From: Acidobacteriota bacterium
GTDB lineage: Bacteria; Acidobacteriota; Thermoanaerobaculia; Gp7-AA8
Assembly (NCBI GenBank): GCA_019244185.1
Contig: JAFATB010000009.1
Location: forward strand, 25,218 to 89,217
DNA length: 64,000 nucleotides
Direction of reading: 5' to 3'
The position numbers were made by a program, and so were the translations under genes. Of this stretch, positions 63,390-64,000 are shown piece by piece. Position 1 is the first letter of the stretch. Every line of letters begins with the position of its first letter. Under the pieces are notes generated by a model, which was not told where the DNA came from, searched no databases, and saw only the letters and a list, made by a program, of their open reading frames with translations.

Positions 63390-63428
63390 GACTAATTCGC
63401 TACGAGAGGTAGCATCGCGAGGTTAGGC
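63390..63428 (+). other. Candidate attI / recombination core site downstream of intI
   Basis: GTTAGGC (GTTRRRY) at 63422-63428 with an imperfect inverse GACTAAT at 63390-63396; followed by ATG at 63434 and compositionally atypical DNA. Confidence 0.45.
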
Positions 63429-64000
63429 GACCGATGACGCGGCCGCGACTGCCGCGAACAACGCACTCACGGGTGGCTACCGAAGAGGCGGCTCCTCGGA
63501 TGCGTCGTGGGTGCAGCCGTTGTAACTCTTCGCCTCTTCTACGTCTCGTCTACGTCCCAAGCTATGCCGATCGGCCAAATACAAGTTGTGCGGACGGCTC
63601 GTGTCATGCGCAGACTCAGGTTCGTGATGTCCGAGATGCATATGCGAAGCGACTGCTGCTCCGCTTCGGAGTAAACGCGTGCACGCGAGCCGCAGCGTTC
63701 GCAATGCCACCGGCTGCCCGCGCTGCGCTCTTCAGTGGTGGCGCCTGAGGCACATTCTTCGTGTGCGGTGGTTCTCGCTACGCGCGTGCACCCGACTGGC
63801 AGCCGGTGGCATCGCTTCGGAAGGAACGCGTCTCCGGATCGGTGAAGCTTTCGCTCCGCAGCAGCCGCCCGCGTCCGCGCCGTTGTGACTGCCCGCTCGG
63901 GCCGCGGCTTCGTGCTTCCGTAGTTGCCAGTGCCACGCGTCGGCCGGTCGTACCGCCGTACCGCGTCGCACCGTGCAGCTGAGACGCGAGTGCCGGCGGC

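Noticed and set aside
63390-63428. attC site
   Set aside because: Only 39 bp, shorter than known attC sites, and the left box is imperfect; kept only as an attI candidate.
63434-63748. First cassette ORF (104 aa)
   Set aside because: The ATG position fits a cassette, but the composition looks non-coding and no attC follows; not called as a CDS.

Overview
High-GC bacterial chromosomal window, mostly core genome. Gene content and style suggest Acidobacteriota, possibly Thermoanaerobaculia; this is an inference and was not tested. From left to right: (1) a TetR/2-hydroxyacid dehydrogenase/isochorismatase operon divergent from an ABC exporter; (2) a HEAT-cyclophilin-thioredoxin lipoprotein divergent from a complete ccmABCDEFGHI cytochrome c maturation operon; (3) a diheme cytochrome c; (4) a TPP-riboswitch-led operon of TonB receptor, PnuC and a NadR-like kinase; (5) an alternative complex III (actABCDEFG) + SCO + caa3 oxidase operon; (6) MATE and rfbB; (7) a divergent pair of a citrate synthase and an HTH-citrate-synthase, with a perfect 16-bp palindrome between them; (8) an M20 peptidase and ggt; (9) argRCBDGHJ with ARG boxes; (10) a membrane MutS-like ATPase and a GT-C glycosyltransferase; (11) a C-rich degenerate tandem repeat; (12) glgE and treS-maltokinase; (13) an intact integron integrase with a candidate attI downstream of it. 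The best leads are the citrate-synthase-fold transcription factor module, a thiamine operon using a NadR-type kinase, a heptamer inverted-repeat element that appears to build the ActE lipoprotein signal peptide, the inverted integron, and several unexplained repeat and palindrome structures. All calls were made by eye; no database searches were run.
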